The notes: a model not told the origin generated them from the sequence alone. A DNA stretch of 53,551 nucleotides, filler included, from Sluysia triapertura (GCA_046118255.1; 4 parts of 4 records of this genome joined end to end with filler, not necessarily neighbours in it); one strand, 5' to 3'. Counted from the whole stretch's first letter, positions 12,710-23,979 are shown. Numbers and translations: made by a program.

Positions 12710-14803
12710 ATGATTCACAAAATATATCTTTCTACATTTACTCCCAACTGAATTAAAAGTGATAATAAACCATCATTTTTAACGGCATTAGCCTATAAAC
12801 AAACTGATAAAGTTAAAAATCGGGAAGTGTGAATGAATAACTTTTTTACTAACCCTCCGATAGAAGTTCCAGTAGTATTTATAGATAATTTACATCGTAG
12901 TTTTACAATTGAACAAAAGCCAAATGTCGCTCTTTTGAATTATACATATTGTAAGATGATAGATGAAAATAATTTTACTACTTATGGTTTTATTACTAAC
13001 TATGTTTACACAAATAAAAATCAATGTAAATATATTGTAGAAATTGATATTTGAACAACATATTACCCCCTATTAACATTCCAAAATAATAAAGAAGTAT
13101 TTGTGATTAATAAAATGTATAATCGTTATAATAAACAAAAGAATGGCTATTTTCGTAGTTCCTTATTAGATTTAAGCCACCCCGTTCAAAATATAGATAC
13201 GAAACATCGTGATTTTACAAATCTAATTCCTAATGGAGGGTATCAATTTGTTTATCGTGAAAAAACCCTTTTTCCTGATAGTTGAATACCAAAAGAATCG
13301 CCATTTAAACTACGAAATTATGCCTTTGACCAAATGAACCCAACTTTGGCTTATTCATCAGCCCCATATTTCCCGATAGGTTTTATTACTTTTGCCCGCA
13401 CTGATTTTGAAGCAAAAAACCCGAACTATAAAAACTATATTAATGCCGGGTGTTTACCAGTCCCATATATGATATACCATGGGTTAGCAGAAAGTCAAGA
13501 TGATTGAATTGATTTGACGTGATTAGGGAATGGAGTAGCAGTTTCAAAAGTTTCCTTTTCTTTATTTCCATTATTACCAAAATCATCATTAGTTTCCTTA
13601 ACAATTCCGTATAACTGAAGTGGAAGTTGAACCCAAACAGTTACATCGCAAGCACGTTTTTTTCCACCTTATTCCAACTTAAATACGAAAACTGAGAAAG
13701 TTGGTTATTTACCAACCCCCGCAACTAATTTTAACTATATGGTTGATTTTAATGATTATTATGGTATTTTTGGTAAACAAAATGGGAGTTTCTTATTATA
13801 TAGTGATTATCATTTAATTCGTGATTTACAAGGTGAGGACACTAAAAATAAATTATTTAACCCAAATATTCCTTATAATGTATGAGATGAACCTTTATTG
13901 TGAAAACAACCCCACATGTTACTAAAATTTTGTTATGGGGAAGTTTCCCAAAATTTCGGGTTACAATTTTTCGGCAGTCGTTTTTATAGTACAGCGATGA
14001 ATAATGAATATACAACTGGTTCTGCTATTAGATTTAAAGTCTTTAATATCTTAACGATTTATGCGGTAGAACACCATATTATTCCCGACACTGATTATTA
14101 TTTAAATTCATCACAAGTGGGAATAAATTTTGCGCCAAATGTAGTAAATATTACATCTCCTAAACTTAAAATTGTTAACAATGCGACATTACCACAAGTT
14201 AACGACAAATACCTCCAAATGTGAAGTCAAACCTCAAACTCAATGAATACCGGCTTAAATATTGCGCATGAAAAAATCGGGCAGGGAATATTAGGTGGTT
14301 TTGGAGCAGGAGCACTTGCCGGAGGGCCGATAGGAGGAATTGTGGGGGGAATTATGGGAGCGGCTAATGCCGGAATTAATGCCTTATTTGCTCATCAACA
14401 ATACGACGCTAAAATTGCTGATGCGCAACAATCACCATCAACTTTGAAAAATACGCAAAGTGAGTTTAGTATTAATATGAACTTAGCGAACTTTCAAATT
14501 ATACAAACACAATTACCAGATTTTCAAGCTAGACAATTATTTAACATTGTGAACACGGAAGGGTATAATGCGAAAAGATATGAAAAAATAGATGATAAAT
14601 GATTTTATAATCGTTGTTGATTTGATTATTTTAAAGTAGCGAATATTATGAATGCTTTAAATAGAGAAGTTCTATTACCTTTCTTTGTTTGAGAATATTT
14701 TGACGATTTATTTAAAAATGGGGTGCGAACATTTCACGAATCAATCTTTTATGTCGGTAAAATTGATTGAAATAATTGTGAAACTGATTATGCTGAATGA
14801 TAA
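12710..14803 (+). CDS. Tail protein, phi29 gp9-like (697 aa, code 4)
   Basis: One frame across four track ORFs with about 16 in-frame TGA. N-terminal YGFITNYVY...VEIDIWTTY and C-terminal LFKNGVRTFH match gp9-family motifs; internal Gly-rich hydrophobic segment. Confidence 0.85.
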
Positions 14804-16052
14804 TATCATTGATAATTTCAATTGAGAATATTGTGAATCTCAAAGTGGACGAAATAATGCTGGTTATTATTCTATTGCTAATGCTCACAAATTAGGTAAA
14901 GAAATTAATGCTTGATTATATTTTATTATGTCACCCCGTAACATCGGGAAATCAACAGCTATTTATAATGAAGTGCTAATCAAAGCCTATAATGAGAATA
15001 AAAAGGTATTATTTTTAAGAAGGACATTAGCCGAAGCCAAATCTCTTGCGCAATCGTTAGAGGAGTTTTACGCATTATATTTTGAAACAAAAACCTATAT
15101 TGTGAAAGAGGACAACCGCTATTTACTTTATACTTATCAAAATGAAAATGAGTTTTCCAAAAGCTATACATCTTATAAGATTCGGGAAAATCTTATCAAT
15201 GATGGAAAACTAGTTGGTTATTTTACCTATTTACAAGGCGCTACTAGTAATAAATCAATGAACGTGACGCCGGTTGATATTATTTTCTTTGATGAAATTG
15301 TTGCGGAACACAAGCGAATTATTACTAATGAATTACAATTATTAATTTCCTTAATTTCTACCTATCAAAGATATCGTAATGCGGTAATTTATTTTGTGTC
15401 TAATAATCTAGAAGGAAATTATAAATATCTTGATTTCTTTTTACCAAACCAAACTCTCCCGGAAAAAGGAAAATGTAAATCTTATCATTCTAAAAGAATA
15501 CTAGAATATGATGGAATGAATGTTAATGCTGATGTCTCAATTGTCATTGATATTCCCAAAATGTCCAAAGAATTACTAGAGTTAACCCCTAACTCTACTA
15601 AAGCTCTTGCCTCGTTAAACGAGCATGCTTACGAATATCTCCTAGGTGGCGCGAACCCTGATAACTTAGAACTAGTTGTTTACCCGCAAAACTTAAAAGA
15701 AATTACCCATCTCTTTAATTTATATATTGCTAACATTGATATCTTAAGTGGTGGCGGAGTTGGTTTTTATCGGGCTTTAAAAGATAATCGTCATATTTTT
15801 TATGTTTCCAAAATCTACAAACCATTATTATCATCTACTAAAAATTACGCATTAGATAATATTGCCAAAATTAATTATGGGTTAGATATGGTGATTAGTG
15901 ATAGTTGTTTTAATAATATTTTAAAATGATGTAAATATAAAAGTTTATGGTATAATAATAATACTTATAAAAATGTAATAATGAATATCATTAATTTAGT
16001 TGATAGTCAAGAGAGCGAGTTAGAATTAAAATATGAAAAAGCCAAAGATTAG
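14790..16052 (+). CDS. DNA packaging ATPase, phi29 gp16-like (420 aa, code 4)
   Basis: Walker A SPRNIGKST, FLRR motif, Walker B IIFFDE; overlaps both neighbouring genes. Confidence 0.9.
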
Positions 16053-16632
16053 TGCGGCAACCCTTTTAAAAAAATATGGAAAATTACCAGCCGAAGTTAG
16101 AAAATATTTAAATGTGAGTGCCCAACAAGAACAAATACACGAAATTAGAAAAATTAAACAACGCATTTATTATCGTAATTTAAAAATTAAAAATGTTAAA
16201 CTCCGTTATCTAGCAGCGGGGTTACCACTTTTAGATTTTGAAAAGTATTATAAATTACAAATGGTTTCTACTAAGGGAATTAAAAATATGTCCGTATTAC
16301 GCAACATTGAAAAAACATTAAATCGTAGTTTAAAGGTTAATTGAGAAAAAGAAATTAAAAAAGCTGTGCGCCAACAATCTCGCACTCAACGTGCTCGTTT
16401 AAAACAAACTGAACGTTACCAACTTTTAGATTTATTAAAATCAGAATTACAAAAAGGCGATAGTGCGAATAAGAATGTTGTTAATATGTTAAAAAGGGAA
16501 ATATATGCTCGTGTCCGTAATGGAGAATATGAAAACCCCCTTACAAATGTTCTAGAAAATTATTTGGCGGAAGGGTTAGATGCGGAAGCATTAAATTATT
16601 TCTTGCGTTTTGTTTTAACTGTGGTAAAATAA
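16033..16632 (+). CDS. Probable terminal protein (199 aa, code 4)
   Basis: Two track ORFs join through one TGA. Strongly basic N-terminal half and helical C-terminal half, upstream of SSB and pPolB. The function is inferred from position and composition only. Confidence 0.55.
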
Positions 16633-16688
16633 TAATAAGCGAAAATCTCCGCGCATGATAATAGATAGATAGAAAGTGAAATTAACAA

Positions 16689-17000
16689 ATGATTAATTTA
16701 GATGAATTTAAAAAATATAGTCCAAAAATATATGATGTAGAAGGGAAATTTATTGTTAAAGATATTTCTGCTAAAGGAATAAACTTTAAAGCATATTCGC
16801 TAGTATTGTCAAACGATACAAAAAACGTGTGAATAAAATTAAGCAAATATGATGTTAATAAATTTTTACCAACTGCCAAATCAGGCGATAAAATTAGAGT
16901 GAAAGGTGAATATACTGTTAGTTCCAAATTTAGTGAAAAACATAATACTAGTTTTGAAACTCATAAAATCATCATTCACGATGCCGAAATTGTGAAGTAA
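16689..17000 (+). CDS. Probable OB-fold single-stranded DNA-binding protein (103 aa, code 4)
   Basis: MINLDEFKKY...AKSGDKIRVKGEYTV resembles the SSB KKGxxVxVxG strand; AGAAAG RBS; 1 in-frame TGA; absent from the ORF track. Confidence 0.65.
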
Positions 17001-17006
17001 TTAATG

Positions 17007-17030
17007 AATAGGGGTTAGATAACCTCTATT
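17007..17030 (+). terminator. Intergenic hairpin between SSB and polymerase genes
   Basis: AATAGGGGTT-AGAT-AACCTCTATT, a 10-bp stem with one G-U pair and a weak U-tail. Confidence 0.5.
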
Positions 17031-17053
17031 AATAATTATTTTAAAGGAATAAA

Positions 17054-18760
17054 ATGAATACAAGTTATCGTCCGACTTATGTGGCTGATTTAGAAACCCT
17101 AAATGAAACTGATACTTTAATTAATGGTAAACCTGATAGTTGATTGTGAGTAATTATTAATTTGAATAATGAAAAGGAAATCTATAAAGGTGTTAAACTA
17201 GCAGAAATGTTAGAACAATTTGATAAGTTAGGAAGTTGTAATGTTTATTTTCATAATGGGGGAAAATTTGATTTTTGATATCTAGTAAGTGAAATGATTA
17301 ATAATAAATTTTACCCGATGTATTTTGAGAATAATCAAGCATTTCTAAAACCTTACCAGTTCCGTTTATTAAATATTAAAAATAATATTTTTAGCCTACA
17401 AGTTTGTTTTCCAAATGGCGGCATTATTAATTTTAAAGATAGTCTAAAACTAATTCCCGCCTCAATAAAATCACTAGACATTAATACTGAGGAAAAAAAA
17501 GTGGAACTAGATTTTGATAAATCACGCCTTTACATTAAAACCATTGCTGATTTAAATGAATTAGAAATTGCTAGATGTGTAAATGATTGTCGCATTATTA
17601 TACCATATTTAAAAAAATTTCAACAAACTTTTACCACAAAAACGACGATTGCGAGTACCTCATTTGCTAATTGTCGCAACAATTTTAAAGAATTCTTTAA
17701 TAATGAATTAATGAATAGTTTAAGTGAGGAGGAATGAGATTATGTCAAACGCAGTTATGAAGGAGGGTATGTTTATTTAAACCCTAAATACCAAAATATT
17801 CCGTTAAATGACATTTACACGTATGATGTCAATAGTGCGTATCCATTTCAGATGACGAAGGAATTGCCATATGGGAAAATGCTTACGCGCAAACCAAAAG
17901 AACCACATACAATTTTAATGGAAGTATATATTGTCAAAGCCAAATTAAAAACTGGTTTTCACCCTTACATCTACACTGATAAAAAAGAAAATGGAACAAA
18001 AATTTATCATGATAAAATTAAAAATAAAGTGCTGATTATGTGAGATTTTGAATTAGATTTAATCAAAGAACTTTATGAAATAGAGTATTATATCACAAAT
18101 CGTAAATATTTCCTAACAAAAAAATATTTAAGTGATTATATTACTAATTTATATCACAAACGTCTTGACGCCAAAAATAATCATGATAATATATTAGCCC
18201 TAATTTACAAATTGATTCTTAATTCTCTATACGGAAAATTTGGACAAAATTATAATACAAAAGAAAGGAAACTTGAACTAGTTAGAGGAAAAGAACCAAA
18301 AAAATATGAGCGTTACTTTAAAGTTGGGGAAAATGTGTGATATGTTTTCAAGGAATATGAAATGAAAACTGCCCAAATCTACCCGGTTCAGGTAGCTAGT
18401 TATATTACTGCCAAACAACGAGTTTATATTCATTCATTCATCATTAAATACCGCGATATCTTTGTGTATACGGACACTGATAGTTTGAAGTTAACCCAAC
18501 CCATTCCTGAGGAAAACGCTATCTCTCATAAACTAGGTGATTTGAAATATGAAAAACTAGATAAAAATTTTTATATCATTCGTCCAAAAACTTATATGGG
18601 AGATGGTAAAGCAACGATTACCGGACTTAATAAAAATGTTCAAATTACCATGAAAGATTTAGAAAATGTTGTAATAAAAATTGCGAATGGTAAGACAATT
18701 AACAAAATAATTAATGGTTGTCCATTCATAAAAAATGTTGATTATCTACTAGAAAAATAG
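17054..18760 (+). CDS. Protein-primed family B DNA polymerase (568 aa, code 4)
   Basis: ExoI VADLET, ExoII YFHNGGKFD, SYEGG, motif A YDVNSAYP, motif B KLILNSLYGKFG, ASYITA, motif C YTDTDS, RPKTY; AAAGGA RBS; 6 in-frame TGA. Confidence 0.97.
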
Positions 18761-18766
18761 TATAAT
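18738..18766 (+). promoter_or_regulatory. Promoter TTGATT-N17-TATAAT, probably leaderless
   Basis: The -10 ends 7 nt before ATG 18774; no SD sequence. Confidence 0.6.
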
Positions 18767-18773
18767 ATATAAT

Positions 18774-19775
18774 ATGAGTAACTGAATACCTTTAAATAAT
18801 ACAACGTTAATGAATAACGTTATCAAATCGTTAACTGATTTAAATGTTAACAACCCTTTTTACATGCGTCAAATCTTAAAATCAATGAATAGATTTAAGA
18901 TTGTTTGTAAGAAAAAAGAATGAGAAAAAGAATGGGAAGCATCTTGAAATGCGGCGGCTTTTTATTTATGAATTACCGGCATTTCGGCAATTAGAAAAAT
19001 TGATGTTGGCGGCAATATTTATTTTAAATCTTATAATTTATCACCAACCGCTTATAATACTAATTTTGAAGTAATTGATGGAATTGCTTGTTTAAATCAA
19101 TGGTTTTCCTCAACTAGACAAAATGAAAGTCAAATCACTTATAAATTAAAAAACATTCCTAATGATGAGGAATGAGTTGTATTAAAAAATAATATTTTAA
19201 ATGTTCCAACTTGATTTTTTATTAAAGATTATTTGAATCTCCAAAATGAAACATTGAAAGCCTTTGCCTCAAATCTAAAAATGTCGTTAACAAAAATGTT
19301 ATTTTTCACTGATACTGGTGATGAAGGTAACTTGTTACGCAAAAGAATTGAAAAGGTTATTAAAGATGATGAATATAGAGGTATTTATGTTATTGATGGA
19401 AATGATGCTGACAAGATGAATATTTTTTCTAAAGAAAATATTGTTAAAATTGATGTTCCCTCAGAAATTAACCGCTATTTAGATGTTATTGATAATTTAG
19501 ATGAGAAAATCGGTAGCGCCATCGGGTATGAAACTGATATCAATTCTAAAAAAGAACGTAAAATTACTGATGAAAGTAAACAGGACAAAGTAGAAATTTT
19601 ACTAGCAAAATATAATTTCCGCATGTATCTAGAAATTGCTGTTAAAGAAATGAATAAAAAATGAGGTGGCGATTATTTTGAACTTGTTGATGTGGGCGAA
19701 TTACTAGCGCCAAAAGAAGCCGAGGAAACTAGTGAGGAGGTGAAAGAAAATGAAAATACAGACAAAACAATTTAA
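18774..19775 (+). CDS. Head-tail connector (portal), phi29 gp10-like (333 aa, code 4)
   Basis: IGYETDINSKKERKITDE matches the gp10 KKERxxxDE motif; 7 in-frame TGA. Confidence 0.88.
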
Positions 19776-22152
19776 GGACTTATACCCTGATTTTAAACAT
19801 TGAACAAATCTTATTCTTAACCCATTAAAAAAAGTGGTACCACCAAATCAAGAATGAATGAATGATAAAATGTGTTATTATTCACAAGAACTAATTTATA
19901 ATAATATGATGTTACGTTATGCTAGTAGATACGGTGTCTTTCTAGATAATGATATGAACCGCAAGATTATTTATATTATGGAACTCCATTTACCAGAGTT
20001 GTATATTAACACTTTAGTCTTTAAAAAAGGTAATCTAGATGATGATTTTGATTTAGATAATATCGGTGAAAATGAAAAATCAAAAACTAATTTAGTTAAT
20101 GATAATACAATCAACACGGCAAATGCCGAAATGTCAACATCTAACCCATCTAAAGATTGAACTGATAAAGATATTGCGAACACAAAAGAATTTCAAGCCA
20201 ACAAAGGAAAACAAGATATAATTTCTATTCGTAGTAAAACTGATAGATTAAAAAATTATGAAAGTTTGCGTGATGATAATTTCACAACTTTAATGGAAAA
20301 ATTTTTAAATCGTTTTGCGTCTCTATTTGTTCCTTATAGTAATTATACTGATATTCCTGATAATGATAATCACCATTATTTAAGTGGTAATGATATTAAA
20401 GTTGATGAATATTTACATTATGATTTTAATAGTTCTACAAATAAAGCTACAATCGGGAGCAAGTTATATAGTAACATTCATGTTAAAGATTTACCAAATG
20501 GGGTAAATACTTTATGTTATGAACTAGAATATGGTAATCATGTATTTTGTGGGCGAGCTAATGGAATGGTAATTTGTGATGAATTACAACCAAAATTAAT
20601 TTATAATATTCGTCAGATTATTTTTGATAGTAATTCCATTACTATCTATTATAACATTCTTAATGGAACGACAAATGCGATTAACCCAGTTCAAGATTTT
20701 TCAATGGTGATGAAATATATTTTGAAAAAAGGGGAAAATGTCCGTAAAATTACTTATCAACAATTTATTAAAGGGGCTTTACCAACTCAAATACTAGATA
20801 AAGATTTTAATAATGCTTGTTTACGAAATATTGCTGATGGAGTTAATGATAATGATGCGGTTTCAATGCGTCAATTAAAAAATATTAGACCGATAGGTGA
20901 TTCACCTTATTTATATTTAACTGATAAAACTACGCTAGCGACAATACTAAGTCAAAATGATAACTTAACAATTGCCCATAATTATATTTATATGTATGAT
21001 AATACGGCTTATAAACGTAATTTTAAAATCATTATTAATAATATTAATATTAATAATACTGATGGAAAAAATTGAAAAATAAGAATATGAGCCACAAGTC
21101 AAGAATTAATTATCGGTGATAAAATGCCGCATTTCCATCATTGAGAAATTTATTTAGAAAATGCTTATACCGGCAATACTCCTTTTGCCACTCTAGTAAA
21201 AGATAACCCAAAAATGTTTATTTTCCCTTTTCTTAACAAAAAAAGTTATGGAAGGGCTTATTATGATAGTGGTTGAATTGATGAAAATATGACACTTGCC
21301 GACATTCAATATAATTTAAATCGGGGCGTGAGATTGTATTGAAATCGCACATCACCGCCGCTTGAAATTGCGTTAATTATTGTTCCTAATAATAAAAAAA
21401 TGCCGGTTGAAATTTATGCTACTGCGATGTTTAATACTTTAAATCAAATAAAAATTTATAACCCAGCTTTTACCTCTGAGACTATGAATCGTACATTTGG
21501 CGAACTGATGAGTAATGGTAATACGAAAATGCCAACAGTTACCCCCATGATAAATAACTTAGAAATGAGTAATGGTGATGATTATAGTGATAAAACCCTT
21601 TCAAGTGTAATGACATGAGGGAAATGAAAAAAACACCAAGAAAGCGGCGTGAATTTGGTATTCCCAACGAAACAACGCTGAAATACCCAAGGGCCTTGAT
21701 ATCGCTTAACAATTGCGACTGATTCTGTCCTTTTTGAGTTTACCCCGAGATTTATGGACTACTTTACGAGTTTATCAAAAACTTTACCAATAACATATAC
21801 TTTTCCAAATGGTAAAACATATCAACCCCGATATAGTGTACTTTTTCGTGTAACAACGAAAGTTGCGCCAGGAATGATTGCTCGTGATATTGAATGTAAG
21901 GTACTAATAAGTGGTGGGGCTCCTTCTTTTAAAATTGAAAACATTGAGAAAATATCTCCTTACTCAACTTATTATGATAAAGATGGCTGAGCAAAAGTTA
22001 TGATTTGTGATTTTAGTAATAATAACGTCCCTGATGTTTTAAAAGTTAGTTTAAAAAATGGTTATGGAACGCAGTTTTCTTATGACGCCAACCTTTTCTG
22101 TTTAGAAACCGAATTAGTCCAAGAACCATATGCTACTACTAAGGAACAATAA
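19750..22152 (+). CDS. Lower-collar-like N-terminus fused to a fibre/receptor-binding region (800 aa, code 4)
   Basis: GAGGAGGTGA RBS; one frame across four track ORFs with about 13 TGA. Follows the connector as gp11 does; contains the adhesin-neck motif LRNIADGVNDNDAVSMRQL. Confidence 0.7.
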
Positions 22153-22325
22153 TGATAAAATTTTATGTGGAATTAATTGTTTTAACAATTGTTTTTCTAA
22201 CATTATTTTTAACCTCTATTATTACCAAACAAGAATGAGCGGAAAACTTTTTATATGGTTATATGGGTGGGTACTTTAGTTTTGTAGGAATTAATAAAAT
22301 AAAGAAATGGAGTAATAAAAAATAA
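22152..22325 (+). CDS. Small membrane protein, holin-like (57 aa, code 4)
   Basis: MIKFYVELIVLTIVFLTLFLTSIITKQEWAENFLYGYMGGYFSFVGINKIKKWSNKK; TAATG coupling; one or two TM segments and a basic tail. Confidence 0.65.
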
Positions 22326-22345
22326 TTTTGTTTTTTATTTAAATA

Positions 22346-22354
22346 TGATATAAT
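22346..22354 (+). promoter_or_regulatory. Extended -10 promoter TGATATAAT, probably leaderless
   Basis: Ends 6 nt before ATG 22361; no SD sequence. Confidence 0.6.
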
Positions 22355-22360
22355 ATAAAT

Positions 22361-22657
22361 ATGGAAAATGAAAAAGAATTAAAAAAAGTTGAAAATTCCA
22401 AAACAACTAAAAATGAGGAACCAAAAGAGGAAGCAAAAGTTAATCTAGAGGAATTAATCAAATCTAAGTTTGATGAACATTTTTCTCGTGAAAAAGAAAA
22501 ATTAACCGAAGCTGATAAAATTTGAAAGGAAAATATGACAAAATCACTAACTAATTTAATCAATAAAATTGATGGAATTAAAGTTCCAGAATCAAAGGAA
22601 AAACGCGAATTTAGTGATATTATTAAAGGTGTATTCCGCAAAGGAGGTGATAAATAA
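22361..22657 (+). CDS. Probable capsid scaffolding protein (98 aa, code 4)
   Basis: Charged helical E/K-rich ORF coupled (TAATG) to the capsid gene; 1 in-frame TGA. Confidence 0.7.
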
Positions 22658-23931
22658 TGAATAAACACGAAAAACTAGCGAAAGAGATGCTTACTGAAGT
22701 TGGTTTGGAACCTAATGAAAAAGGGTTACGAGAACTAGCAAATGCCGCTGAGGAAGCAGGTGGGAGACGTTTAAAACCAGACGCAAGTACAACAAATAGC
22801 TATGTTAATTTAATGTCTAAATTATCATATCAAATTACCGAAAATGCGTTTATTTTCAAAAATGTCTTTAATGAAATTGCTGAACACTTATCTTATAGTG
22901 CTGGGTACCGAGGAGTTCTTAACTTAATCGGTTTACTAAAAGCGGGTGATTTTGCTAAAATGCCGTTTACGCCAAATGGGACTGCTGATAATTCCAAAAC
23001 TGGTGAGGGTAGTTTAGGCAAACGTCCGTCTTTTGAGATAAAATCTCTAGGAAATATAAAATTCTACGTGGAAAACATTGTTAATGAATATCAATGAAAT
23101 CAAGCCTTTTTAACTCTCCAATCTCTAGGAAACTTTTTAACAAACTTTATTGAAAAAATTAACACTGATTTAGAATTGTTTGAATTTGAATTGATTAGAG
23201 GTATGATTAAGTTGTGTGGTTACAATGTTGTTTTAAATAGTATTGATGGAAGTTATGAAATTGATATTAATTTAACTGCTGCGAAAGCAAATAAAAATTG
23301 TAATATTCTTTTAGATGAAAAAACAATCTTGAGTGATGGAAAATTAATCGCGCAGGTGTTCTCTAACATTCTATCAAACTCAGTAGTAATGTCTACAGCC
23401 TTTACTGGTTTAAATGCTATTACTGATTCTACATATAAAATTCCTGGAAACCTTGATGTTGAGGAAAGTATTATTGTAATGTTACCTGACTATTGAAATA
23501 AAATTAAAGCCGAATCTTGAGCTTATGCGTTTAATGAAGTTAATTTACACTTTCCAACGGAAAATGTTATTTTATACCCATTTGACTTAAAACAACCTGT
23601 TAAACAAGATATTAAATTTGCTAATGGTTTAACGATGAATGATACAATTGATAAACAAAGTTGATACAAAGGTGATGTAATTGCTTATATTATTCCTAAA
23701 AAATTAATTAAGATAATTAGACAGTTTAACTTTGGTTTTGTCTCTATGTGAAACAATGGTGTTCAATGAACTACAATGACAAGTTCATTAGATTTAATGA
23801 TAAATGCTGCGTTACCATTCTTTAGAATTATAAAATACACAGGAACTACTCCGGCAACTGATAAACCTATTACAAGTATTCCAATGTTGATTAAAACTTT
23901 GAAAGATGCTATAAGTGAAGCAAATAAATAA
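22657..23931 (+). CDS. Major capsid protein, phi29 gp8-like (424 aa, code 4)
   Basis: AAAGGAGGTGA RBS; WNQAFLTLQSLGNFLTNFIEKINTDLELFEFELIR resembles the gp8 AFxSxxxFxxFxxxI...EY helix; 6 in-frame TGA. Confidence 0.82.
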
Positions 23932-23950
23932 AAAATTTTTAAAAAAACTA

Positions 23951-23979
23951 TTGACATTTTGATTTTTTTGATATATGAT
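23951..23979 (+). promoter_or_regulatory. Sigma70-type promoter TTGACA-N17-TATGAT
   Basis: Shares 20 nt with the left-end promoter and points toward the right terminus. Confidence 0.7.

Noticed and set aside
17054-18760. Polinton/Maverick or mitochondrial linear plasmid as the source of the pPolB (mitochondria also read TGA as Trp)
   Set aside because: No retroviral-type integrase, adenoviral protease or single-subunit RNA polymerase. Tailed-phage connector, tail and capsid genes and SD sites are present.
12710-23931. Pseudogenised phage, suggested by the many short ORFs in the track
   Set aside because: Every interruption is an in-frame TGA, with no frameshifts or internal TAA/TAG. This is recoding, not decay.
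14980-23957. Minus-strand track ORFs at 14980, 16682, 19971, 22339 and 23763
   Set aside because: Antisense shadows of well-supported plus-strand phage genes.
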